Positions 9,247 through 18,378 of a stretch of DNA of 32,000 bases are shown piece after piece. Below the pieces are notes generated by a model. That model saw only the letters and a program-made list of their open reading frames with translations, made no database searches and was not told where the DNA came from. The DNA comes from Candidatus Saccharimonadota bacterium. GTDB taxonomy: Bacteria > Pseudomonadota > Gammaproteobacteria > Enterobacterales > Enterobacteriaceae. The DNA lies in assembly GCF_000185985.2 (NCBI RefSeq), contig NC_014909.2, forward strand, positions 30,001 through 62,000, written 5' to 3'. Position numbers and translations under genes: made by a program. Every line of letters starts with the position of its first letter. The first letter of the stretch is position 1.

Positions 9247-12141
9247 TTATAATGAAATTATGATAGAAAGGTGATTATGTAATTTATTTTTAGTTTTTGT
9301 ATAAAAAATTAATTTTTCTTGTTCTTTAATGCAATTAACTTTTAAATATTCATTTTGATGATCTATTTTTTTTTGTATATAGTTAATTTTTTGAGTTATT
9401 AATTTTATTTCTTTATGAAGCTTATCAATTGCGATTTGTTTGTTAAAAACATCTGGAATAAAGACTATTAATTCTGATTCGTGTAGTGGAATATTAAAAG
9501 ATTTTTGAGAAAAAGTGTCATTGTCTTTTAAAAAATCAATTTTTTTTAGTTGTGCTACTTGAAGAAGAGTACGATTATTTTCTAGTATATATTTTTTTAT
9601 TCTACTAGAAATATGTTGCAATGCTATATGTAGGGGGGTTTTATATAAAATACCAGTTTGAGTACGGAATGTTCTTATTTCAGAAATAAGATCTTTTATC
9701 CATTCAAATTCAATAATAACGTTTAAATTAATATCAGAGATGTTATATTTAGGAAATGATTGTAACATAATAGTTTTTTCTTTAATTTTGATTATTAATT
9801 TAATTTTTTGCCAAATTTTTTCTGTAATAAAAGGAATAATAGGATGAGATAAACGTAATAAAGTCTCGAAAGATGTAATTAAAGTATAACGTGTTCCTAT
9901 TAATTTTTGAGTATTTGTGCTACAATACAACGTAGGTTTTATAAATTCTATATACCAATCACAAAATTGATGCCAGATAAATTCATACAATAAATTTATA
10001 ATTTTATCAAATCTATACTTGTGTAATTCTTGGTAGAAAATTTGAATAGTTTGGTGTAGTTTAGATGTAATCCAACGATCTGGTAGGGAAAATAGTAATT
10101 TGTCTTGTTGATAATTTATTCCGCAATCTTGATTAGTAGTATGTAGTAAAATAAATTTACTAACATTCCACAATTTATTGCAAAAATTATGATATCCTAT
10201 TAATCTATTTATATCCCAATGTATATCGCGTCCATAGGACGAGAGTGCTGCTAAGGTCATTCTTAAAGAATCAGCGCCATATGTTATTATTTCATTTACA
10301 CAATTTTTTTTTGGGGTGTTTTTGTTATAGGGGGGTTTTTTTATTGTTTGTGATGAATCATAATTGTTATTGATATGATTTTTTGATAGAGTATGAATAG
10401 AAATTCTATCTATGATATCAATAGGATTGATTACATTGTTTTTAGATTTGGACATTTTTTGCCCAAATTTATCTCGTACAAGTCCGGTGATATAAATTTT
10501 TTTAAAAGGAATTTGACAATTTTTTTTATCATCCTTAATAAAATACATAGTCATCATAATCATTCGAGAAATCCAAAAAAATATTATGTCAAATCCACTG
10601 ACTATAATATCGGTAGGATGATAAAATTTCAATAAATTATTATTTTTAGGCCACCCTAAATTGGAAAATGTCCATAGACTTGAAGAAAACCATGTATCTA
10701 ATACATCATGATCTTGTCGTAGTTTAGTATCATGATGTAATTTATAATTTTTTCTAATATCTTTTTCACAATGCCCTACATATATTTTGTTTGTATTATC
10801 ATACCACGCAGGAATTTGATGTCCCCACCATATTTGCCTAGAGATACACCAATCTTGAATATTATCCATCCATTTAAAATATATATTTTTATATTGCTCA
10901 GGAATAAACTCTATTGATCCTTTTTCAACAATATTTTTTGCTTGTTTTGCTAAATATGTAGTTTTTAAGTACCATTGATTAGTTAGCATAGGTTCAACTA
11001 TTGTTCCAGTTCGATTATTGTACGCAATCGTGACATCATAGTGTTGTATTTGTTCTATAAGATTGAGTTGATTACATGTTGAAGTGATCATCGTTCGCGC
11101 TTGATCACAATTTAGATTTCGAAATATTGTTGGAATATAGCAATTTTTTTTATCATAAAATTGGCTTTGACTACAAAAAATTTCAGGTTTTTCAAGAATT
11201 TTTCTGTAAGTTGAAAAAATGTTAATCATACATAATTTGTGTTTTTTCCCTATCATGTAATCATTAAAATCATGAGCAGGAGTAATTTTAACACAACCTG
11301 TTCCTTTATTAGGATTGATATGTTCATCAGAAATTATTGGAATTTTTCTATTTATTAAAGGTATAAGTACATATTTTCCAATTAATTTTTTATAACGAGA
11401 ATCTTCTGGATTTACTGCAATGGCAACATCTCCAAACATAGTTTCTGGTTTTGTTGTAGCCACAGTTATATATATATTTTTATTAGTAGAAATAGTGTGG
11501 TTATTAGACTTACTATATTCTTCTAATTTATACCGTATGTACCACATTAAACCTTTTACTTGTTTATATGATACTTCTAAATCAGAAATAGCAGTTTGTA
11601 TTTTATAATCCCAATTTACTAGTCTTTTCCCTTTGTAGATTAAATTATCTTGATATAAACGAATAAATGCTTCTTTAACTGCAAAAGACATTTGAGGATC
11701 CATAGTAAATCGAGTATTTGTCCAAGATACTGAATTCCCTAGTCGTTTTATTTGATAATTGATTAATTTTTCGGTTTGTTCTTTCCATGACCAAATTTCT
11801 TTCAATAAGGAGTTTTTTAAATCGTTGTTTTTAGGTGTTTTTGTTTGATTGAAAATTTTATTTTCTATTAGAATTTGGGCAGCAATTCCAGCATGATCTA
11901 ATCCAATTCTCCATAATACGTTTTTTCCGTTCATTCGATTATAACGGGCCAAAATATCCATTATAGTTTGTTGGAATGCATGTCCTAAATGTAACGCTCC
12001 AGTAATATTAGGAGGAGGCATCATAATACAATATCTAGGTTTTTCAAAATCAGTTATATCAGGTTCAAAATAACCTGATTCTTCCCAAAATTTATAAATT
12101 GATTCTTCTATTTGTTTAGGGTTATATATTTTTTCTATCAT
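9247..12141 (-). CDS. valS: Valine--tRNA ligase
   Basis: 964 aa. HIGH motif (PPPNITGALHLGHAF), KMSKS (GQKMSKSKNN), editing-domain TTKPETMFGD, WCISRQIWWGH, and a C-terminal coiled-coil. The start ATG overlaps the holC TGA (ATGA at 12138-12141). Confidence 0.98.
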   Translation of the reverse strand: MIEKIYNPKQIEESIYKFWEESGYFEPDITDFEKPRYCIMMPPPNITGALHLGHAFQQTIMDILARYNRMNGKNVLWRIGLDHAGIAAQILIENKIFNQTKTPKNNDLKNSLLKEIWSWKEQTEKLINYQIKRLGNSVSWTNTRFTMDPQMSFAVKEAFIRLYQDNLIYKGKRLVNWDYKIQTAISDLEVSYKQVKGLMWYIRYKLEEYSKSNNHTISTNKNIYITVATTKPETMFGDVAIAVNPEDSRYKKLIGKYVLIPLINRKIPIISDEHINPNKGTGCVKITPAHDFNDYMIGKKHKLCMINIFSTYRKILEKPEIFCSQSQFYDKKNCYIPTIFRNLNCDQARTMITSTCNQLNLIEQIQHYDVTIAYNNRTGTIVEPMLTNQWYLKTTYLAKQAKNIVEKGSIEFIPEQYKNIYFKWMDNIQDWCISRQIWWGHQIPAWYDNTNKIYVGHCEKDIRKNYKLHHDTKLRQDHDVLDTWFSSSLWTFSNLGWPKNNNLLKFYHPTDIIVSGFDIIFFWISRMIMMTMYFIKDDKKNCQIPFKKIYITGLVRDKFGQKMSKSKNNVINPIDIIDRISIHTLSKNHINNNYDSSQTIKKPPYNKNTPKKNCVNEIITYGADSLRMTLAALSSYGRDIHWDINRLIGYHNFCNKLWNVSKFILLHTTNQDCGINYQQDKLLFSLPDRWITSKLHQTIQIFYQELHKYRFDKIINLLYEFIWHQFCDWYIEFIKPTLYCSTNTQKLIGTRYTLITSFETLLRLSHPIIPFITEKIWQKIKLIIKIKEKTIMLQSFPKYNISDINLNVIIEFEWIKDLISEIRTFRTQTGILYKTPLHIALQHISSRIKKYILENNRTLLQVAQLKKIDFLKDNDTFSQKSFNIPLHESELIVFIPDVFNKQIAIDKLHKEIKLITQKINYIQKKIDHQNEYLKVNCIKEQEKLIFYTKTKNKLHNHLSIIISL

Positions 12142-12620
12142 TTATTAATATTATTTATTTTAAAATTAGATGTATTTGATACTTTTAAATCAAATCCAAT
12201 GTTTTGTAATGTTTTATATCGTATTCTAGCAAGTTTCTTTAAAATATTTGTTGAAGGAACAAAATCAATAATTTCATTAAAATTGAAAAAAAAGTCTTTA
12301 TTTATTTTCATAAGATTAATTAATGTATCTTTCAGTAGATTATTATGGTAACAGCACTGTTCCCAATATATAGTAATAGGGGTGTAATGCGTATTTTTTC
12401 TTAATAAATCATTAGGTAAAAAAGAATTGTTGTCAACATTCCATAAAGAATTATTTATTTTTAAAGCTTGGTTTTTATTTTCACAAGCTATTAAAATACT
12501 CTTTCCTGATCTCCACATGATTTTTGACAAATGACATGCAAAATTTTCTTTGAAACTTAATTCTGCGTTGGAGTTAATCGATGGTAGTATGTAAAAGATT
12601 CCTTTTTTTATATTTGACAT
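12138..12620 (-). CDS. holC: DNA polymerase III chi subunit
   Basis: 160 aa. WRSGKSILIACENKNQA, LW...SFLP and IIDFVP...LKKLARIRYK align with recalled E. coli HolC (WRSGKRVLIACEDEKQA, VVDFVP...LKQLARERYK). Conserved pepA-holC-valS order, with a 4-nt overlap with valS. Confidence 0.82.
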   Translation of the reverse strand: MSNIKKGIFYILPSINSNAELSFKENFACHLSKIMWRSGKSILIACENKNQALKINNSLWNVDNNSFLPNDLLRKNTHYTPITIYWEQCCYHNNLLKDTLINLMKINKDFFFNFNEIIDFVPSTNILKKLARIRYKTLQNIGFDLKVSNTSNFKINNINK

Positions 12621-12726
12621 TCTTATGAATTGTTTTTACCTTTTTCTTGGAATATTCAATCAAAGTATTTAATTTTGTTTTAAAAATGAAGACATAATTA
12701 GTTACATGTTAAATATATTAATTTAT

Positions 12727-14256
12727 TTAGTCTTGTTTTATGCTATTAATTAAAAATTGAGTTAAGAGTTCTACAGGTCTTCCTGTAGAACTCTTAACTT
12801 TTTCGTTAGAAATCCAAGCAGTTCCTGCTATATCTAAATGAGCCCAATTATATTTTTGAGTAAATTTTTTAAGAAAACATGCTGCTGTAATAGCTCCTCC
12901 TCCAGATTTATCACCAATATTAGTCATATCTGCTATAGTAGATTGTAATTGTTTGTCAAATGATTCATGCAAAGGCAATCTCCAAATATAATCCCGAGTT
13001 TGTTCTGAAGCATATATTAAATCTTTAGCTAAATCGTGATTATCAGTCATTAGTCCGCTGAAGTGTTTCCCTAAAGCAACAACACATGCTCCTGTTAATG
13101 TTGCGATATCAATTACTATTGAGGGATGGTATCTTTCTGCGAAAGTTAAAACATCGCATAATACTAATCGACCTTCAGCATCAGTATTTAGTACTTCTAT
13201 TGTTTTTCCAGATAAAGTAGAGATAACATCTCCGGGTTTTAAAGATTTATTGCTAATCATATTTTCAGAGATAGCAAGTATCCCGATAATATTTATCGGG
13301 AGTTTTAATTTAGATACTATACACATGATTGCGTATACTACAGCAGCTCCACACATATCATATTTCATTTCATCCATATTATTGGAAGGTTTTATGGATA
13401 TACCCCCTGAATCAAAAGTTACCCCTTTCCCTATTAAAATTATAGGATCATGATTTATTATAGGATTATTTTTATATTTAATAATAGGCATGACAGAAGA
13501 ATATTTAGATCCTTTCCCAACAGCTAGATAGGAATTCATTCCTATTTTTGTGAGGTGTGATTCGTCGAGTATATTAATGTTTAAATCGGTATAGTAATTA
13601 GGTAGTTCTAAAACTTTATGAGATAAATAATTTGGGGTGCAGTAATTTGGAGGCATATTACTTAAGTTTTTTGCGATGTTTATTCCATAGGCAATTGCAG
13701 ACCCATCTTTTATAGCTTTTTTACAAATGTGTAATTCATTAGGATTGTTGATGTACAGAATTACTTCTAGTGATAAATCTTGTTTTGGTGAATGTTTATG
13801 GCTTTTAAATTTATTAAAAGTATAAAATATATCATTAATTATAGATATGCTATGTCTTATTTTCCAATAAGATTCATATCCAGAAATATTTAATTCACTT
13901 AGTAAGAGAAGAATTTTATTAAAGTGAGAACTTTTGCAAAATTTAATAGAATTACATAATATTTTTATGTAAGTATCAGAGTTAAATTTATGTGATTTTC
14001 CGCAACCAACTAATAAAATATGTCTATTTAAAAAATAAGGGATATCGTATAGTAATAGGTGTTGGTTTAAAGATCCATTAAATTTGCTACGTTGTAACAA
14101 AGAATAAATATATTCTTGACTGATATTATTTATATGCTCCGTGGCAGGAAATAAATTATATTCTTCAAATACACCGGTGAGAATACATGCATCCTCATCG
14201 GCTTTTAAATAATCATCAGTAATTTTAAAACTTACAGTGTTGTCTATAGTTAACAT
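12727..14256 (-). CDS. pepA: Leucyl (cytosol) aminopeptidase PepA, M17 family
   Basis: 509 aa. M17 catalytic-domain motifs present: VGKGVTFDSGGISIKP, MKYDMCGAA, NTDAEGRLVLCD, DIATLTGAC. It is divergent from lptF, as in E. coli. Confidence 0.95.
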   Translation of the reverse strand: MLTIDNTVSFKITDDYLKADEDACILTGVFEEYNLFPATEHINNISQEYIYSLLQRSKFNGSLNQHLLLYDIPYFLNRHILLVGCGKSHKFNSDTYIKILCNSIKFCKSSHFNKILLLLSELNISGYESYWKIRHSISIINDIFYTFNKFKSHKHSPKQDLSLEVILYINNPNELHICKKAIKDGSAIAYGINIAKNLSNMPPNYCTPNYLSHKVLELPNYYTDLNINILDESHLTKIGMNSYLAVGKGSKYSSVMPIIKYKNNPIINHDPIILIGKGVTFDSGGISIKPSNNMDEMKYDMCGAAVVYAIMCIVSKLKLPINIIGILAISENMISNKSLKPGDVISTLSGKTIEVLNTDAEGRLVLCDVLTFAERYHPSIVIDIATLTGACVVALGKHFSGLMTDNHDLAKDLIYASEQTRDYIWRLPLHESFDKQLQSTIADMTNIGDKSGGGAITAACFLKKFTQKYNWAHLDIAGTAWISNEKVKSSTGRPVELLTQFLINSIKQD

Positions 14257-14425
14257 AATAATAATAAAAATTGATTTTTTTAAGATTTAATGAGTAATTT
14301 TTAAAATTTTGAAGAACTTCAAATTAAAATACATTTGTTTTAATCTTATTTGTTTATGAGTATATTATATACTAAAAATTATAGCAATAACATTATTTTT
14401 TATGTAAAAGGTTTTTAAGTAACGA

Positions 14426-15541
14426 ATGATTTTAATTAGATATATTATTAAAGAAGTATTTAGAAATCAATTAATTATTTTAATATTATTATTTTTAGTA
14501 TGTATATGTCAAAAATTAATTAAAATAGTAGGAGTAGATAATCCTATACCAGTGTATTTGATTTTTTTGCATCTTACTTTAAATATTCCAGAATTAGGTA
14601 AATTAGTTATACCATTTAGTTTGTTTCTTAGTGTATTTATTACTTGTTATCGATTTCATTTGCATAATGAAATTTTAGCAATGTATTCTTGTGCTATAAA
14701 TAGGTTTTTTTTTGTGAAAAGTATATTTTTATATAGCATTATTGTTTTTATTATATCATTAATAAATGTGATGTGGTTGTCTCCATATTGTGAGCAATTA
14801 CGATATGTGACGTTGTCTAGTATTAACAAGAATATTTATTCTATTAAATTAGTAGAAAAAAAGTTTTTGTTGATGTTGAGTAAACATACAGTTTTCTTTA
14901 TTAAGAAGATTAAGAATAAAAATTTACAATACATCTTTATAGTAAAAAAAAATCATCATATTAATGGTAGTAATGTTTGTGTAATTATTACAGCGAATAA
15001 CGGTGATGTATATAATTATTCTAATAATTTAAAAGCAATTACTTTAAAATCAGGGACGTATTATGAAATACATTATGATCAATTAATTTTTACAAATATA
15101 TATATAAGTGATTTTTCTCGATATCATACATTGATTGATTATAATATGAAATCTCCTCAGAAAGGTTTTAAAATAGTTGAACATATGACTATTAGTCAAC
15201 TTATATGTCATGATTCGTTACCTGAGAAATATATTGAATTAAATTGGCGTTTTACTTTATTAGTTTCTATTATTATTATGCCGATAATAGCTTTATTATT
15301 GGTAATAAATATTTCAAATGGTTATTTTCTGAATTTCGTGTTAGCAATATCATTATACATATTATTTTTTATGTTACATATTTTGTTACGTTTTTCTATT
15401 ACTTTAGATTATAGAGATTCCATGTTATATATGGGGGGGGTTAATGTAATTTATTTTATTATAGCATTATTAATGAATCTAGGTAAATATCAGTATTTAC
15501 GATGGTTTGAATTAGCTTGTGTTTATTTTGTGAAAAGATGA
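14426..15541 (+). CDS. lptF: LPS export ABC transporter permease LptF (YjgP)
   Basis: 371 aa with the YjgP/YjgQ permease architecture: N-terminal TM bundle, central periplasmic beta-jellyroll-sized loop, C-terminal TMs. MILIRYIIKEVF... resembles the LptF N-terminus. Conserved pepA<>lptF-lptG arrangement. Confidence 0.88.
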   Translation: MILIRYIIKEVFRNQLIILILLFLVCICQKLIKIVGVDNPIPVYLIFLHLTLNIPELGKLVIPFSLFLSVFITCYRFHLHNEILAMYSCAINRFFFVKSIFLYSIIVFIISLINVMWLSPYCEQLRYVTLSSINKNIYSIKLVEKKFLLMLSKHTVFFIKKIKNKNLQYIFIVKKNHHINGSNVCVIITANNGDVYNYSNNLKAITLKSGTYYEIHYDQLIFTNIYISDFSRYHTLIDYNMKSPQKGFKIVEHMTISQLICHDSLPEKYIELNWRFTLLVSIIIMPIIALLLVINISNGYFLNFVLAISLYILFFMLHILLRFSITLDYRDSMLYMGGVNVIYFIIALLMNLGKYQYLRWFELACVYFVKR

Positions 15542-16638
15542 TACGTATGCATAAGATATTAGATATGTATATAAAAAAATCTATATTATCAAGCATATCA
15601 ATAGTATTTTTAATATTGATATCGTTGTCGAGTATTATTAGATTGATTGATGGATTACGTAATTTTGAAAAAAAAACCTATTCTATTATCGAAATTTTTT
15701 TTTGTACTTTTTTAAGTTTACCAAAAGATTTTGAATTATTTTTGCCAATATCTATTTTATTAGGCGGATTGTTAGGATTAGGCGTGCTTGAAATTCGTAA
15801 TGAGTTGGTAATTATGAAGGTTTTTGGATTGAGTTATTTTCAAATTACTTTCTCCGTAGTTAAAGTTTCTGTTTTTATTTTAATATTACATATAATGCTG
15901 AATGAATGGTTGTTACCAGGTAGTCAATACATGTTATATATATATCAAGGTCATAAGGAATATAATTCTTATTTTTTTCCTGAAAAAAATAAGAATTTGT
16001 GGATAATAGATAATAATGGCTTTGTTTGTATTGAATATATGCCAACCACTAATAATGTATTTGGAGTCAATTTGTATTATTTGACTAAAGATAAAAAAAT
16101 AGAAAAAATAATATATTTCAAAGATGCTACATATATTAATAAAAGTTGGTTTGTGTCTAGTGCTATTGAATTGAATTTCTCTGATAAGACACATATTGTG
16201 AATAGAACGGTTTTTCATTATAAATGGAATACAATATTAACTCCTGATTTATTATCAATAATTACTACTAATCCTCGAGTATTATCTGTTTCTAAATTGT
16301 TTTCGTGTATAAAGTATTTCAATGGAATCAATCAAAATTCCCAGTATTATGAGTTAATATTTTGGAATAAGATCTTATCTCCTTTAACAGGAATGATTAT
16401 GCTAATAATATCTTTGTTATATAGTTTTGGGCCATTTTCTAAAAAAAAAATAGGTTTTAGATTGTTTTTTGGAAGTATAATTGGTTTTTTATTTTATGTT
16501 TTACATCAATTTTTTGATGTATTTTGTGTGATGCATAATATATATCCACTAGTGGGATCGATAATTCCAGTTTTATTATTTATAGTAATTAATATTGTGA
16601 TTGTTTTTTATAAAATTTCTAATTTTAGATTTATTTAA
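15538..16638 (+). CDS. lptG: LPS export ABC transporter permease LptG (YjgQ)
   Basis: Same family as lptF. ...ILDMYIKKSILSSI aligns with recalled E. coli LptG MQPFGVLDRYIGKTIF, and the FGP...R..FGSIIGFLFYVLHQFF region is conserved. The track ORF starts at TTG 15517. I prefer ATG 15538 (ATGA overlap with the lptF stop) or ATG 15547. Confidence 0.86.
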   Translation: MIRMHKILDMYIKKSILSSISIVFLILISLSSIIRLIDGLRNFEKKTYSIIEIFFCTFLSLPKDFELFLPISILLGGLLGLGVLEIRNELVIMKVFGLSYFQITFSVVKVSVFILILHIMLNEWLLPGSQYMLYIYQGHKEYNSYFFPEKNKNLWIIDNNGFVCIEYMPTTNNVFGVNLYYLTKDKKIEKIIYFKDATYINKSWFVSSAIELNFSDKTHIVNRTVFHYKWNTILTPDLLSIITTNPRVLSVSKLFSCIKYFNGINQNSQYYELIFWNKILSPLTGMIMLIISLLYSFGPFSKKKIGFRLFFGSIIGFLFYVLHQFFDVFCVMHNIYPLVGSIIPVLLFIVINIVIVFYKISNFRFI

Positions 16639-17552
16639 TGTAAAATTATATGTTCGTGTATGTATTTTAGTAACATATTTTTAGTACGATCTCTTAACCA
16701 TTTATGTGCAGTAGATTGATTGTGTTTAGAATGCCATGCTTGTATAATATTTCGTTGTCCTAGATCAAAATCTACATCAAAAAATTTTACTGGTATATGT
16801 AATGCGTGTATTAGTATTAATATAAAATTTGGTATTATTGCTAATGCATTTGAATGTATTACAGAGTTTATAGTAGTAATATATTCGGGTGTAATGCCAA
16901 GGATATTGCGTTCTGTCCAAAAAAGTTTATTAGTTTCATCAGAGTTTGTTAAGTGTTCATGTTTAGTTTGAATAAACGAATATTTTAATAAATTATCTAT
17001 GTTTTTGTTTTTAGGTAAGATAGGGTGATGGTTTCTACATATAATACAACATTTTGATATGTAAATAGTACGAATAGTAATTTCTGGATTAAGTGGACGC
17101 ATTTCTCCTAAATATAAATCTATACTATTATTTCTTAAAAAATCATCTTCATAATCAGAATCATTTACTAAATTCATAAATACATTAGGAGCATTAGTAT
17201 AAATGTCTTGAAATAAGAGAGTACTAAGGGCAAAAAAAATGGAACTATTTGATGCTATGGTAAATGATATATTAGTGATTTTAGGTTCAAATATGATGTG
17301 TGTATTAATTATTGTTTCAATTTGATCTACTAAAGTTTTTATGTTTTGTTTTAAAGCTATGGCTTTAGGAGTTGGAGTGAGTTTGGTGCCACTACGTACT
17401 AAAATTTGATCGTTAAATAGAATGCGTATTTTATTTAATGATTTGCTAATGGCTGGAGCAGTAACATTAAGTTTTTTTGAAGCTAAATTAACACTATTGT
17501 TTTCTAATAATGCATTTAGAACTATTAATAAATTAAAATCAAAGTTATTCAT
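16635..17552 (-). CDS. LysR-family transcriptional regulator (YidZ/LeuO/NodD-like subgroup)
   Basis: 305 aa. It has an N-terminal wHTH FDFNLLIVLNALLENNSVNLASKKLNVTAPAISKSLNKIRILFNDQILVRSG, followed by a LysR substrate-binding-type domain. The C-terminal WHSKHNQSTAHKWLRDRTKNML resembles the recalled E. coli YidZ end (WH..N....WLRETIKNLY). That orthology is tentative, so no symbol is given. Its stop overlaps the lptG stop (convergent TTAA). Confidence 0.85.
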   Translation of the reverse strand: MNNFDFNLLIVLNALLENNSVNLASKKLNVTAPAISKSLNKIRILFNDQILVRSGTKLTPTPKAIALKQNIKTLVDQIETIINTHIIFEPKITNISFTIASNSSIFFALSTLLFQDIYTNAPNVFMNLVNDSDYEDDFLRNNSIDLYLGEMRPLNPEITIRTIYISKCCIICRNHHPILPKNKNIDNLLKYSFIQTKHEHLTNSDETNKLFWTERNILGITPEYITTINSVIHSNALAIIPNFILILIHALHIPVKFFDVDFDLGQRNIIQAWHSKHNQSTAHKWLRDRTKNMLLKYIHEHIILH

Positions 17553-17891
17553 ATAATAAAATTCATGTAGTATAGTATTTTACTAAGTATTATAATGTAT
17601 AAATGTATAATAGTAAAATATATCTACATGGTATATATAATTTATTATATGATAGAGTATTTATATTGATATCGACTTTACATTAGATTATTTTTTGATT
17701 CTCTATGTAAAATGATAAATTTATAATTTTTTGGATTAAATAATATTATAGATATGTTTAATATTGGTATGAATTCATATAATATATAATACGTGAGTTT
17801 TTTGTTAAAAATTTAGAAATATATTATTATGTGTGACGAGTTTGTTACGATTTATTTATTTGTAGTATGTGTAGTTTATAGTTTTTTATTT

Positions 17892-17975
17892 GCCGAAGTG
17901 GCGAAATAGGTAGACGCAATTGACTCAAAATCAATCACTGTAATAGGTATGTCGGTTCGACTCCGACCTTCGGCA
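17892..17975 (+). tRNA. leuX: tRNA-Leu (anticodon CAA), class II with long variable arm; no encoded 3' CCA
   Basis: GCCGAAGTGGCGAAATAGGTAGACGCAATTGACTCAAAATCAAT...GTCGGTTCGACTCCGACCTTCGGCA is nearly identical to recalled E. coli leuX. The cloverleaf checks by hand: acceptor GCCGAAG/CTTCGGC, anticodon stem ATTGA/TCAAT with loop CTCAAAA, T-arm GTCGG/CCGAC. It is followed by ATTT rather than CCA. Confidence 0.93.
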
Positions 17976-18179
17976 ATTTTGATTATATTACATCATGATG
18001 ATATATCGATAGATATATTTGAATCATATGATTATTTGTTTTTATGGGTTTTGTAATATAAAGTAACGTTGTGTATTAACGATTAATATTACGTGACGTA
18101 GAATGTGTATTTTTGTTTATTTTTTATGAATTGAGTGATTGTTGTGTACTTGAAAAGTACTAATATTTTTGGTTGCCAT

Positions 18180-18200
18180 GTATGTTATGTTATAACATAC
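18180..18200. promoter_or_regulatory. Candidate Zur operator (Zur box) upstream of the metal ABC transporter
   Basis: The sequence gtATGTTATgttATAACATac has 9-bp inverted arms and a 3-nt spacer. All 14 core-arm positions and the spacing match the gammaproteobacterial Zur consensus GAAATGTTATAnTATAACATTTC. It sits 179 nt upstream of the ATPase ATG and 30 nt upstream of a small ORF. An intact zur is in the same window. Confidence 0.6.
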
Positions 18201-18378
18201 GTACGATAGAACAACGTTGTTTAAATTATATGAAATGTAAAAAAAATTTATCAATTGAAATGAAAATATTAACAACCTCAGGGTTAATTCGAGTATTGGT
18301 AGTTTTAATGGTATTATCATGTTTATGGTTAGTGATTATTTGGACATCTATTTCGTGTATTGAATAAACATAGCAATT

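Noticed and set aside
18210-18221. Perfect 12-bp palindrome AACAACGTTGTT between the Zur-like box and the small ORF, resembling a LacI/PurR-type operator core
   Set aside because: By my estimate about ten perfect 12-bp palindromes are expected per window at this composition. No LacI-family regulator is evident. It cannot be distinguished from chance without comparative data.
18117-18320. 67-aa minus-strand ORF in the leuX-transporter spacer, considered as a possible divergent znuA remnant
   Set aside because: It has no similarity to the recalled ZnuA sequence and no signal peptide. It overlaps the Zur-like box and the plus-strand small ORF. The composition is typical of spacer translation.
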